From the NCBI GenBank assembly GCA_963845535.1, contig CAWJSK010000019.1:64001-128000 (forward strand): a stretch of DNA of 64,000 nucleotides, in the 5' to 3' direction. Shown one piece after another: positions 19,220 through 29,846 of the stretch (its first letter is position 1; each line of letters starts with the position of its first letter). Under the pieces are notes generated by a model. That model had not been told where the DNA came from, made no database searches, and worked only from the letters and a program-made list of their open reading frames with translations. This DNA is from an uncultured Spirochaetota bacterium (GTDB taxonomy: Bacteria > Spirochaetota > Spirochaetia > SZUA-6 > Fen-1364). The translations under genes and the position numbers were made by a program.

Positions 19220-22200
19220 CTACTTCCCGATGGTGTACACGGCCCCATCGGTCCTGCCGAACACTTCGGGCTGGTACATCAGCTCTGCCTGCGCGGGCGG
19301 AGTTGGGAAAGCGCCCGGGGTTGTCGTCCTGAAAAGGAAGCTCACCTCGTGCTTTCCCCGGTCAAGCTGATCGAAGAAGAAGCGCACCTCGCTGTCATAG
19401 ATTCGGGTGGTGTACTCCTGAGCCAGCTCGTCGTTACCGCTGTCGGCGTTGTCATTCTCATCCCCATTGTCCGCAGACGCGTTGTCCGCCGATGCGCCTT
19501 GATCAGCGGGCGGCTTCACGATCTGCGAGGTGGCCAGCGACCCGTCGATGGGCTCCGCGCCTGAGGGGATGGGCGCGCGCAGCGCCACGAAAGTCCTGTC
19601 ACGGGAAGAGTAGAAGACGAGCCTCATCCGGTATACCTGCCCGAGCGCCAGCGCCGTTCCTTCTACGGTCTTGCCGTTCTGGTCCTGGATTTCCGCGGCA
19701 ATGCCGATGCCTTCATCCCGCGCATCCACGTCTCCCGCGGCAATGGCGTAGCGAAGCTCCGCCGTATAGTAGAGCGTGCCCGTTCCGTCAACGGAGAATA
19801 TAAGCGGCAGCGGCGCCCCTCCGGCGGACTGCGCGCCGCCGGCCCCGGCCATTGCCGACAGATCAGCGGGCGTAAGCTGCTTCTTGAACGGGGACTTCGA
19901 AAGGCCCTTGAAGCTGTTTCGAGCAACGCTGGTTTCTCCAAGCTTCACCTGCGCGGTGAAGTCAGCGTTGGTTTCGTTGTTCTGCTTCATCATCTCGGCG
20001 AACGCCTGGAGCACCCAGCCGGCGTTGCTCGTGTTGCCCCAATACCCGCCCGAGTTCGCCGCAAGCAGGTCGTTGGCCAGTCCCAGCACGAGCTGGGAGT
20101 CCGGCGCAAGGCGGGAGTAGAGCATGAGCAGGAGCGCCTTGGCCTGGATATTGCCGCCGTACCAGAACCAGTCGTTCACCGTTCCCACCAGGGTGACCGT
20201 TCGGGTTCCCACGCGGAGAAAGTTCTTCATACGGGCCAGGACGTTCGCCGCGGCTTTCTTGTTTCCCATCCCGTCATACGCCAGGCCGAGGAACCCGTAC
20301 CCGAAGATGCCGATCTTGTCCCCCTGGCTCGCAAGCGCATCCGCTTTCTCCCTTTCGTTCCTGCCGTACAAGGAGAACACGTACACGGCATACGATTGCA
20401 GGTAGGAGTCCATCATCAGCCTGCCATATCCTTTTTCCAGATAGTCGAGCAACGCGTCGGTGTCCAGCTTGTTGGGGACCACAAATCCCCTGTCTTTTGC
20501 CACGGCCAGGAGGTGCGCGACGCGCAAGGAGACGTAGTAGTTGGACCGACGCGGCGCGGGGTCATCCCAGTAGGAGAACCCGCCATCGGAGTTCGCAAAG
20601 CGTTCGAGCGTGGTAAGGTCAGCCTTGGCGTCTCCCGCGAGCTGCGGGAAAAGGACGCGAGCGAACATTTTGCTCGTGACCTGCTCCAGGCAGTCGTACG
20701 GATAGATGTCGAGGAAGTGGATGGCCCCGACGAGGTTCGAGGCGATTGTGGAATCCAGCGTCACGTACAGCCCCTCTTCGGGCGCCCCGAGGAACGTCGG
20801 GGGCACCACAATGGCTTCACGGGCCGAGTTGCTTGTCTTGCCGATGATCGTGAATGCCTCATCCACGTGCTCCGAAACGACATTCAGGACGTCTTCCAGC
20901 CTTTCCTTCAGGACGTCGGAGTCGACGTCGAACGCCAGGCGGCTGGATCCCTCTTTCGGGGCTTCCAGGTCGAAAGCCACCTCCGCCGTAGCTCCCGCCG
21001 CAAGCTGCGTTCTCTTTTTCACGCTGCCTTTCACCGTCAACGGGTCGCCGGCGGTCAGGGAAATGGTAACCTCGTGCGGCTTGTCGTCCAGGTTGGTGAG
21101 GACCACGCCTGCCGTTGCGGAATCTCCCACCCTCAGTCGGCGCGGCAGCGCGGTCCGGACGTTGATGGGGTTCTGCACCAGGGGTCTCGTTTTCCCCCAG
21201 ACCAAAAAGCTCCGCTTTCGAGACCACCGCCGTGGCCCTGAACTTCGTGAGCAGGTCAGGAAGCTTGAAGGTCACCGTGACCGTGCCGTCTCTTCCCGTC
21301 ACGAGCCCCGTGCGGAAGACCGCCGTGGGGTTGAAGTCCTTTCTTACGTTCACGCCCGCGCTTGCCGCCGGCGCCGCCTCACCTTTCTCATCACCGCCGG
21401 GGAGGTCGCGCGCCTTCCACGTGACGGGGTCCATGAGGAGGTCTCGTGACTCGTAATGGGCAACCTTGTCGGGGAAATTGCCGCTATCGTAGAAAAAGTC
21501 GATCGGGCTCGGAATGTGATAGTCGATGAGATCAAGCACGCCCCGGTCCGCGGCTACGAGCGCCACCTCCGCTCCCGCCAGGGGCTTTCCTCCCCACGTG
21601 GCTTTCACGGTGATGGATGCCTGGGCGCCCGGCCGGTAGCTTTCCTTCGAGCTTGAGACGTCGACATGAATGAGGCGGGACTCGATCCGCACGGGAATCT
21701 CGATGAGCCCCGAATACCCGCGCGGCTTGCCGAAATCCGGCGAGTCCGGCCCGTCCGCCGGCGGCTTGGTGCGTTGAGCGCTCGTGGAGACGAAGACGTA
21801 GAAGCTCGGCAGGTAGCCTTCCTTCACGGGAACGTCGATGGTGGGGGCGCTTCCCTCCAGCGTGACAGCCCTCTTCTCGATGATCCCCTCCCTCTCGATC
21901 GATACGAGGAACAACCCTTTTGCCACGGGGCTCTTGATGAGGAGGCGCGCCGTGTCGCCCGGTGCGTCGATTCTCTTGTCTGGCACGATCTCGATCTGCT
22001 TCTCATCCGCGTTGTTCCAGCGGATGAAATCAGCGCCCGTAGAATAGAAGGAAATCCGCGTGAAGCTCTCTCTCCCTTTTGCATCCTTGCCTGACAGCTC
22101 GATTGCATACGAGCCCGCCTTCTGCGTCGAAAGCTGGACGCTTCCGAAAGGCTTGCCCGGCTTCACGGTAAACTCCTTCTCCGTCACTTCCTCCTGCTCG

Positions 22201-24900
22201 TAGTGCGTGTCGATCATGCCGCCCACGCCCCTCTCCCGCACGAGCTTCCAGTCATCGCGAAGAAGCCTGCCCGTCACGTCTCCCGAAGGGTACGGCTTCC
22301 CGTCCGGGTCCACCGAGACGACCTTGAGGGTGAACGGAACGTCTTTCTGGACAAAGTACAGCGAGTCGTTCGCCGTTGGGCTCGAAGAAACGAGGGCCCC
22401 AAGGAGCTGGTCGGAGGAAAAGACGACTCGGGAGTCGCGCGCGGAGATGGCTTGCCGATCCACGTCCTCGATCGTCGCGACAACCTCGTAGTCGTACACC
22501 CGACCCTTGTCTCCATCCGCCAGAGGCTGCGTGGCCGTCACGGTGCCGTTGCCGGAGAGCGCTCCGGATTGCGTTCCGAGGTCTTCCGGGTAACTCCGCG
22601 TGACCGCGCCGAAGGTATAGGGGGAAAGCTCGTCACCGGGGGGCTGGTACCACTGCTCACGACGCGTCCAGAACCAGCTCCACTTCCCGTTTGAGACGTT
22701 CCCTCCCGCCAGGTATTTTCCGGCAAAGGTGGCGCTCAGCGAGTCACCCATATACGTGCGGGCATCAGGAAGGGAAAGGTCCACTGCAAAAGTGACCCTT
22801 CGGAAATTGGCGATCTTCACCCACGCCTGCCCCGTGCTCTCCTCTTTTCCTCCCCGGGTGCGGCGGAAGGAAAGAAACCAGTCCCCCGGATCGATGTCCT
22901 TGGGAAGCGTAATCTGCCCGGAGAAGCTCCCGGAAGGGGAGGTTGTTCCTGAAACCGTCGCTATGGGTTGGGCGTCCTCGGAATCAGTCTGGAGGTCGAT
23001 GCGATATTTCCCGGCAGCCGACACAAGCTTCCCAACCACGAGGTCCTGGTCGATGCCGGCAAATGACACTGTCTCACCCGGCCTGTAGATGCCGCGGTCC
23101 GACCAGATGTACGTGAGGGGCCGCGGGATTTCGGCTGAATATGGCTCGGAAGAGTTCCACGTCAGGCACGGCATCTGTGAAGGGCTGAGAACCAGCCGAT
23201 CCGTCCCTTTGGTGATCTCGATCTGGGCGTCGTCTTCGTGTCCGCGGAACGCGCCCATGAGGACGCCGGGCGCAATGGCAAGGGCCGCGAGTCCCGAGGC
23301 GTCGGTTTTCCCGGAGGCAAGGCGCCGCTTGCCTTTTTCCAGCGTGACCTCAGCGCCGGCAAGCGGCGCTCCCGTGGAGAGTGAGCCGGCCAGCACGACA
23401 AGCGAGTTGTAGGCTACGTGCACCGATGCGCCGATATCCGTGACCTGGACCACCAGGTCATCCTTCACTTCCTGCGGGGTGTCGCTCTCATCGAACTTTC
23501 CCATGAAAGCCCAGGACAACCAGGCCGCTCCCTTGTGGTCCTTGTTGAGGTAGGGTGAGAGGTCGAACATCTCGAAATGCCGCGTGTTTTTCGGCACGCT
23601 CCGGGTGTCCAGCCTCTTGCCCGGGTCCCCGGGTTTTTGCAGGAAAGGGTCCTTCAAGGGCCAATGCCGAACTTCCCCGAAATGACGTTCTGGAACTCCA
23701 CGGCGACTCGAGGCGGAAACTGCGACTCCAGGAGCTTCTGGCCGTCGGCGCGGAAAAGCACGTAGGTGGCGGCCGGCCCGACCTCCAAGGTCACGGTCTG
23801 GTCCTTTCCCAGGGACTGGCCATAGATGTCCTTGATACCGCGAAGGGACCTGCATGTCGAAGCTCGACTCGAACGGCACTGGCAACTTGCTGAGGTAAAC
23901 CCATGAGCCTGAGATTTCCATGTTGCTGTCGAGCTTGTAGCCCTTGAACGGGACCTCGAGGTTCGGCAGCACGCTCTCTTCGGTGAGCTCGTGGTTGAAC
24001 CGAAGGACTGCGTCGACCGACGGACCGTTCATGATCACTTCGCTGGATTCGAGCGCCAGAGGGGTGAGCGTGTGGAACCCCGCGGTGATGTCCTCAGGGG
24101 TCCCATAGTCTCCGGCCGGGGCCTGGCGCCGCGGCTGACAATCACCTTGACGTCAGCGTCCCAGGGCAGCGCCGCGGCAGGTTTCAGGGAGACCAGGCGG
24201 CGGCGTTCTCATACGGACCCAGCTCGCTCTTGTCCGTTACCACCGTTCGCGCCGCGCTGAAACGGACCGCGGCGCCGTCGGCCTCCAGATGGATGTACGG
24301 CAGGATTGTTCGAAGATCCACGGGGAAGTTGAAGGTGATCACGATCTCCTTGCTCGCCTCGGGGATCACGTCATCCCCCTGAGGAGTAAGGCTCACGATC
24401 CCGAGGGGCTCGGTCCGGAAGGTGAACTCCGTGTCCCCGGAAAGAGTCTCCCCTTCCAGCGAGCGCAGAGACTTGCTCACACGGAACGTGTATTCGGTTG
24501 CCGGCGCGAGCTGTCCCTTGGGCTCGAAGGCCAGAAGTCGGGAGCCGTACCATCGGAAGACCCCGTCCACGCGGGGAGAAATCGAGAGGACGCTGGAGGC
24601 GGTGATCGGCTTTGAAAGCCTGGCGAGCGCCACGACGGGCTTGTTGAAAAGGACCCAGACGCCTCCTTCCAGGTTCTCGTGAGGCACGGTCCCGCTTGGC
24701 CCCGTTTCCGCGATCTGAAACGGTTGGCCCTTGTCCTGGTCCGACTGCGGGTTGTCGTTACCGGGCGAATAGAGCGCCGGCAGCGCGATTTGTCCATCTG
24801 GGTTCGCGGGTGCCGTTGCGGCCGGGCGGGGAACGCCGCAAGCGCAGAGGAGAGATGTTGCCGCGGCAACAGCAAGCACGAGCCGGCTCAAACTTTTCAT
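19220..24900 (-). CDS. Bacterial alpha-2-macroglobulin lipoprotein, with several apparent frameshifts (~24200, ~24110, ~23845, ~23660, ~21185)
   Basis: LLCAC lipobox; DLVVQVTDIG; SDRGIYRPGE; VRKDFNPTA; FKLPDLLTKFR; YPYDCLEQ thioester motif; AELMYQPEVFGRT. Confidence 0.9.
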
Positions 24901-24973
24901 CCAAGCCTCCTGGGAGGAGGCGATTCTACCCCGATTGGGCGCCCGGGATCAACGAAAATGCGGGTTACGACCA

Positions 24974-25002
24974 TTGACAAACTGGCCCGCTTTGTTCATA
25001 TT
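24974..25002 (+). promoter_or_regulatory. Sigma70 promoter of the tRNA cluster
   Basis: TTGACA-17 nt-CATATT. Confidence 0.7.
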
Positions 25003-25013
25003 TGGCACCGCAT

Positions 25014-25087
25014 GGTGGGTGTAGTTCAATTGGCAGAGCACCAGACTGTGGATCTGGAAGTTGTGGGTTCGAGACCCATCACCCACC
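25014..25087 (+). tRNA. tRNA-His (GTG), G-1 encoded, CCA not encoded
   Basis: GTGGGTG/CACCCAC acceptor stem; CCAGA-CTGTGGA-TCTGG anticodon arm; GTTCGAG T-loop. Confidence 0.95.
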
Positions 25088-25206
25088 CCTAGCGCGCCTG
25101 AGAGGGCGCGCGGAAGCGTCGCCTTTGGCGACGTAAGGTCGGCGCTCTGCGCCGGCCGTGGCGCGCGGGGCTGCCGCTGCGGTCGGGGAACTGCACTCGC
25201 TGCGTT

Positions 25207-25280
25207 GCGTTCGTAGCTCAGTTGGATAGAGCGCCGGGCTTCGAACCCGTAGGTCGCAGGTTCGAGTCCTGCCGGACGCG
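25207..25280 (+). tRNA. tRNA-Arg (TCG)
   Basis: GCGTTCG/CGGACGC acceptor stem; loop CTTCGAA; GGTTCGAGTCC. Confidence 0.95.
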
Positions 25281-25292
25281 TCTTTGAATCGA

Positions 25293-25365
25293 GGGCCGCT
25301 AGCTCAGTTGGTAGAGCAGAAGACTCTTAATCTTCGGGTCGCAGGTTCGAGTCCTGCGCGGCTCA
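25293..25365 (+). tRNA. tRNA-Lys (CTT)
   Basis: GGGCCGC/GCGGCTC acceptor stem; GAAGA-CTCTTAA-TCTTC. Confidence 0.95.
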
Positions 25366-25389
25366 AAAGTTCTTCAGAGAGAAGAAGTT

Positions 25390-25426
25390 AGAGAGCGCCT
25401 TTTTTCCTCCGAGAGGGCGCCTCTCT
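25390..25426. terminator. Stem-loop after tRNA-Lys
   Basis: AGAGAGCGCCTTTT...GAGAGGGCGCCTCTCT imperfect inverted repeat. Confidence 0.45.
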
Positions 25427-25446
25427 GCGCGCGGAACAATCAAGCG

Positions 25447-25842
25447 TCAACTCACGATCCCGCCCGCCGCGGATCTCTCGATCTTGAAGTAGATTCTTTC
25501 GGGCCATTCGCGCAGGTAGTGTGTTCTGACGAATGCGGGAAACCGACCTCTCGCTCCGAGTCCACCGATGTCCGACTCAACGACCCTATAGTAGCAGCCG
25601 CCGTCCGAGCTTTCCCTCATCTTTCCCAGACACACTTGCTGACCATCGAAAGGTTCGGAAGAGAAATTGAAGAGATAGATGTCCGAACGGTCCGTATCGC
25701 TGTAGCCGAGCAGTTGGCACGTCACGTCGAGGATCTGCCGCACGCCATGCAGCACGATCCTGTCGTGGGTGCCGCTGATCTTGTACTGCCACAACCCGTG
25801 GGACGTCCCGCGCTTCAAGCTGAACACGTGCACCGTGGGCAT
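25447..25842 (-). CDS. Hypothetical protein (~130 aa)
   Basis: Globular-looking composition; no family recognised. Confidence 0.55.
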   Translation of the reverse strand: MPTVHVFSLKRGTSHGLWQYKISGTHDRIVLHGVRQILDVTCQLLGYSDTDRSDIYLFNFSSEPFDGQQVCLGKMRESSDGGCYYRVVESDIGGLGARGRFPAFVRTHYLREWPERIYFKIERSAAGGIVS

Positions 25843-25896
25843 TTGTCGAGGCAATTATACACCAGAACGCGCTCCGTTGGAATGTGGAGCGCTGGG

Positions 25897-26712
25897 CTAC
25901 CTCGTCGTTCCGACTGTTGCGGCTTCGGCGAGACGCTTCCTGGCCATCCGTTCTCCGAGACGATCCGAAAGCCACCCCGCCAGCCTTTTGGCAGGTCCGA
26001 TGCGGGTCTTGTAGTAGAAAGGAGATTGGAACCAGCCCTTCTCCTTGTAGTAGCGAAAGTCGCGATAGGTCTCATCCAACATTGCCCCAATGCTTGAGCG
26101 AGAGAGGCGGAAGAGCATCAGTCTGAGGAAGGAAGGAATTGGCAGCGAAGGGCGAGTGAGAGCCCGGTGGAATCGTCGCGCCGCCTTGAGCACCGCATCG
26201 GATATCCTCTTTTGCTCGCTCGGAGTCGAAGGCTCGAGGGCTGTCACGCAGAATCCTCTACCCACTGTGAATCCCCAGGCTCCTCCGACCTTTTCGAGAT
26301 AGTTGACGATATCCTTGCCCCCGTAGATTCCCTGGACCACGACTCCCATGAAGGCCCTGCCGAAGAATCTCGGTCGGTGAAACACGAACGCCAGCCGATC
26401 AAGGAAGGTCTTCATGATGCCCGACACGTTGAGGGAGTAGTTGGGCGTGGCAAAGACCACGCCGTCGGAGTCTTCCATTGTTCGAATCAGCAAGTCCCGA
26501 ACGTCGCGAAGCGGGCAGTCTTCCTCGCCCTTCAGGAAGCAGTTGCAGCATCCCCTGCAATTGGCGAGAGTCAGGTCCTTCAGAAAGACATACTCGCAAT
26601 CGATGTTGTCGAACGCTTTCAGGTCTTCGACGAACTCTTCCATCACCTTGTACGTGAGCTGTTTCCGAGGACTTCCGATGAAGACGGTTATCTTCTTGGC
26701 TTGTTTTTCCAC
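25897..26712 (-). CDS. Flavodoxin-fold NADPH-dependent FMN reductase / iron-sulfur flavoprotein family
   Basis: GSPRK, CRGCCNC...CP, ATPNY, MKTFLDR; GTG start with GGAGG. Confidence 0.85.
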   Translation of the reverse strand: MEKQAKKITVFIGSPRKQLTYKVMEEFVEDLKAFDNIDCEYVFLKDLTLANCRGCCNCFLKGEEDCPLRDVRDLLIRTMEDSDGVVFATPNYSLNVSGIMKTFLDRLAFVFHRPRFFGRAFMGVVVQGIYGGKDIVNYLEKVGGAWGFTVGRGFCVTALEPSTPSEQKRISDAVLKAARRFHRALTRPSLPIPSFLRLMLFRLSRSSIGAMLDETYRDFRYYKEKGWFQSPFYYKTRIGPAKRLAGWLSDRLGERMARKRLAEAATVGTTR

Positions 26713-26779
26713 ACTGGACCTCCGACGCCGATCTTGTCGACAGGAATGCAACACCAGGCCGCCGCGGAATTGCACCCTC

Positions 26780-27651
26780 TCAGGGCTTGTGGCGGAGCTT
26801 GATGCTCTCCTCGCAGTAGTCGGTGCGCGGTCTGAGCTTGTTGTAGTTTCTGGAAAACTCCAGCCGAGGATCCACTTCCTTCTCCAGGGCATCAGGAGAT
26901 TTGGAGTTGTACAGCGCGCACACCCTGCGCGTGTCTAAGCCGAGAATCTCGCAAGCGGCGAGGGTCGGGCAGAAGTTCTTCGAGTGGAAAGTCAAGTAAT
27001 GGCCGTCCTTGTGGACCAGAGGGGCCTCGTTTTCGCTCATGCCGAGTTTGCGAAGCAGAACGGCGTAGGCCGTTTCCAGCGGATCATCTTTGTGTATCGT
27101 ATTCTGAGCTCGGAACCAGTCCACTCGTCTCTTTGCTCGCTCCGCGTCGAAAAGGCGGAGTTGTCCGTCCGAAGCACCACGCAATCTCTTCACTTCCTCG
27201 CGCACGTCTTGGCGGTAAAGAACGGCGCACTGTTCTTTGAGCACATCGCGGTCCACTTCGATGCGCACGCTGGCCTCGTCGAAGATCTTGTCGCATGAGA
27301 GTGCTGTCCGAGCTCGTCCTTCGGCGATGGCGTCGGAAATCCCATACCCAAAAACTACGCGGGGATCTTCGCCCAGACGATCGCCGCGGCGCACATCGGG
27401 CAGGGTTCGTGGGTGCACACCATGGTGCATGAGGACAGGTCCTTGCCGATCAGGCGACTCGCCTCTCGAATTGCCGCCATCTCGGCATGTGCGGTGGGGT
27501 CGGCGTCAGTCTCCTCGGTGTCGTGAGTGGCGGCGATGATCTGTCCGCGGGCGACGACTACGGCGCCGAAACCGTGGTTGCCTTCGCAAAGGCTCTTACG
27601 AGCCTCCTCGATGGCTGTTCTCATGTACTTTTCGATGCTACCCACAAGCAC
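26780..27651 (-). CDS. Nucleoside/tRNA deaminase-family protein with a Cys-containing C-terminal domain (homopolymer frameshift ~27360)
   Basis: FGAVVV, DPTAHAE, EPCPMC, then RVVFG in the shifted frame and CPTLAAC...VC...YCEE. Confidence 0.8.
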
Positions 27652-27989
27652 CTCTCACCTGGAGCAACGGCTCAGTCTGAAGCTGTCCGACTCTTTACAT
27701 TCAGATAGAAGATCGCCGCGAGCACAATCCCCACAACGGACAGGGCGAAGAACGGGATCGCTTCAGTCAGGTTCGTCTTTCCGTCCTTCCTCCGGGAATC
27801 CCCAACTACAGCAACTCGGCATTTTCCCCTACTTTCTCAAACCAGAGCGCGGGAGCGGACAAGTGCGATAGAAGACGCCTGTTGCTGTCGCCGCGAGGAC
27901 GAGGACAAGAATGATTACAGGAAGAACTGCCTGTCGGAACATGATCATTTCAACACCGATGGCGGGGGATGAGTTGCCGCCGCCGCTCT

Positions 27990-28568
27990 TCAAGCAGGCT
28001 GAAAGGTCGCGATGATGACCCGCTTGGTTGTCGTGATGCTCTCTATGAGTCGAAGAGCAACGGATACGCCCTCAGGGAACAGCCGACGGCCGGATCCGAG
28101 AACAAGGGGATAAATCGACAGCAAGTACTCGTCGATAAGGTTGTGCAGCATCAGCGAATGGACGAGCTCCCCACTGCCAAGAATGGCCAGGTTTCCCTTG
28201 AGCTCGCTCTTGAGCTTAGCCACTGCAGCGGTCACATTGCCGTGGAGCAAAATAGAGTTGGCCCACGGAAGTGGTTCCTTCAGGGTGTTTGAAGCCACAT
28301 ACTTCTGGCTCTTGTTGAGACGCTCTGTGTAGGGGTTGTCCGTCCGTTTGGGCCAAACGGAGAAGAGATTCTCGTAGGTTCGCCGTCCCAAGAGAAGTGC
28401 ACCCTCCTGGGCCATCCGTTCGCCCATTTTCTGGAGCATAACCGAATCACCGTAGGGGATGCCCCACCCGCCGTGTGCGAAGCCGCCCCGCGTATCTTCG
28501 TCTGGGCGGGCGGGCGCCTGCATCACGCCGTCGAGGGTTATGTTGTTGACAACAACGACTTTGGCCAT
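27990..28568 (-). CDS. Dihydrofolate reductase-like (RibD C-terminal) protein
   Basis: TLDGVMQAP, LLGRRTY, GSGELV, PLVLGSGRRLF. Confidence 0.88.
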   Translation of the reverse strand: MAKVVVVNNITLDGVMQAPARPDEDTRGGFAHGGWGIPYGDSVMLQKMGERMAQEGALLLGRRTYENLFSVWPKRTDNPYTERLNKSQKYVASNTLKEPLPWANSILLHGNVTAAVAKLKSELKGNLAILGSGELVHSLMLHNLIDEYLLSIYPLVLGSGRRLFPEGVSVALRLIESITTTKRVIIATFQPA

Positions 28569-28816
28569 TTGAACCTCCAACTGCCATCTGGCGATTGAAG
28601 AGCTTCGCCAGAATCTTGATCTAAACATAACGACGAAAACGATACTCGCGTCTGGGTCTTCCCGCTGGCGCCGAAGGACGGGCAGGGCGGGAAGGGGATG
28701 CTGGTGCTCGCCGCCAAGATATGCCTGCGGTAGGGCGGGGCGGTGCCAGAAGCGGGACGTCTTGGCTCCACGAGTTTTGAATAGTAGACTCGCCATTGCA
28801 AAAAGGAGGGCTCCCT

Positions 28817-29833
28817 ATGCGGCAGGTATGGATCACAAAGGCTGGTTCTCCCAGCGTCCTGCAAGTTCGGGAAGCGCCCGATCCTGTTCCAGGACCTTCT
28901 GAGGTTCGCATTCGCGTGCAAGCGAGCGGCGTCAACTTCGCTGACCTCATGGCTCGGATGGGACTATATCCCGACGCACCCAAGATACCATGCGTTGTCG
29001 GCTACGAGGTCGCCGGGGTCGTTGACGCGGTCGGTCAGGGCGTGACTGAGTTTCGCCAAGGCGACGCTGTCATTTCAAATACCAATTTCGGAGGCTACTC
29101 CGATCTGGTCTGCGTGCCTCTTGTCCAAGTTCTGCCCCGTCCGTCCAAAATGAGCGCTCAAGAGGGGGCGGCATTCCTAGTAAGCTACCTCACGGCCTAC
29201 GTGCTGCTTACTGTGATGGGCTCGCTTCGCAAGGGCGATCGCGTTCTGATCCAAAGTGCCGCGGGCGGGCTCGGTCTGGCGGCCCTGGACATCTGTCGAA
29301 TCTACGCTGCCGAGACGATCGGCCTCGCGTCTCCATCCAAGCATGGTTTCCTCAAGGAGCGAGGGTTTGACCACGCGATCGACTCACGCGCCTCCGACTG
29401 GGCCAAGGAGGTAAGAGAGATCACCAAAGGGGACGGCGTGGAGATTGTCCTGAACTCGCAAGGCGGTCAGTCGTTGCGTCAGAGCTACGAGCTGCTTGCC
29501 CCAACGGGGCGACTGCTCACATTCGGAGCCAGCAGCATTGCGCCTGGCAGCCATCGGTCTATTGGAGCTCTCCTTTCGTTTGTCACTTCAACGCCGCGTT
29601 TTGCGCCACTTCGCCTGATGAACGACAACAAAGGAGTCCTCGGTGTCCATATCGGGCACTTTCGAGGCCAAGAAAGAAAGGTCCGTGCCTGGACGGAGCA
29701 ACTGCTGGCCTGGTACAACGAGGAGAAACTTCACCCGCACGTTGATCGGGCGTTTGCTTTCTCAGAGGCGCCAGCGGCCCACCAGTACCTGCACGACCGC
29801 AAGGCTACTGGGAAAGTAGTGCTTGTTCCGTAA
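28817..29833 (+). CDS. MDR family NADPH:quinone oxidoreductase (VAT-1-like)
   Basis: GVNFADL, GYEVAG, AAGGLG, GKVVL. Confidence 0.88.
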   Translation: MRQVWITKAGSPSVLQVREAPDPVPGPSEVRIRVQASGVNFADLMARMGLYPDAPKIPCVVGYEVAGVVDAVGQGVTEFRQGDAVISNTNFGGYSDLVCVPLVQVLPRPSKMSAQEGAAFLVSYLTAYVLLTVMGSLRKGDRVLIQSAAGGLGLAALDICRIYAAETIGLASPSKHGFLKERGFDHAIDSRASDWAKEVREITKGDGVEIVLNSQGGQSLRQSYELLAPTGRLLTFGASSIAPGSHRSIGALLSFVTSTPRFAPLRLMNDNKGVLGVHIGHFRGQERKVRAWTEQLLAWYNEEKLHPHVDRAFAFSEAPAAHQYLHDRKATGKVVLVP

Positions 29834-29846
29834 GCCGAGCTGCTGG

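Noticed and set aside
1..24900. Programmed frameshifting or an alternative genetic code
   Set aside because: Breaks are scattered indels, not in-frame stops; no consistent slippery motif; all three stop codons end genes normally
27355..27651. Calling the deaminase tadA because tRNA-Arg is nearby
   Set aside because: It lacks the TadA EVPVGA and PKTG-type motifs, has an extra domain, and the nearby tRNA is UCG rather than ACG
28580..28790. Hairpins between the divergent DHFR-like and MDR genes as a riboswitch
   Set aside because: TCTGGCGA/TCGCCAGA and TCTTCCCGC/GCGGGAAGG stems exist, but no known aptamer consensus was recognised
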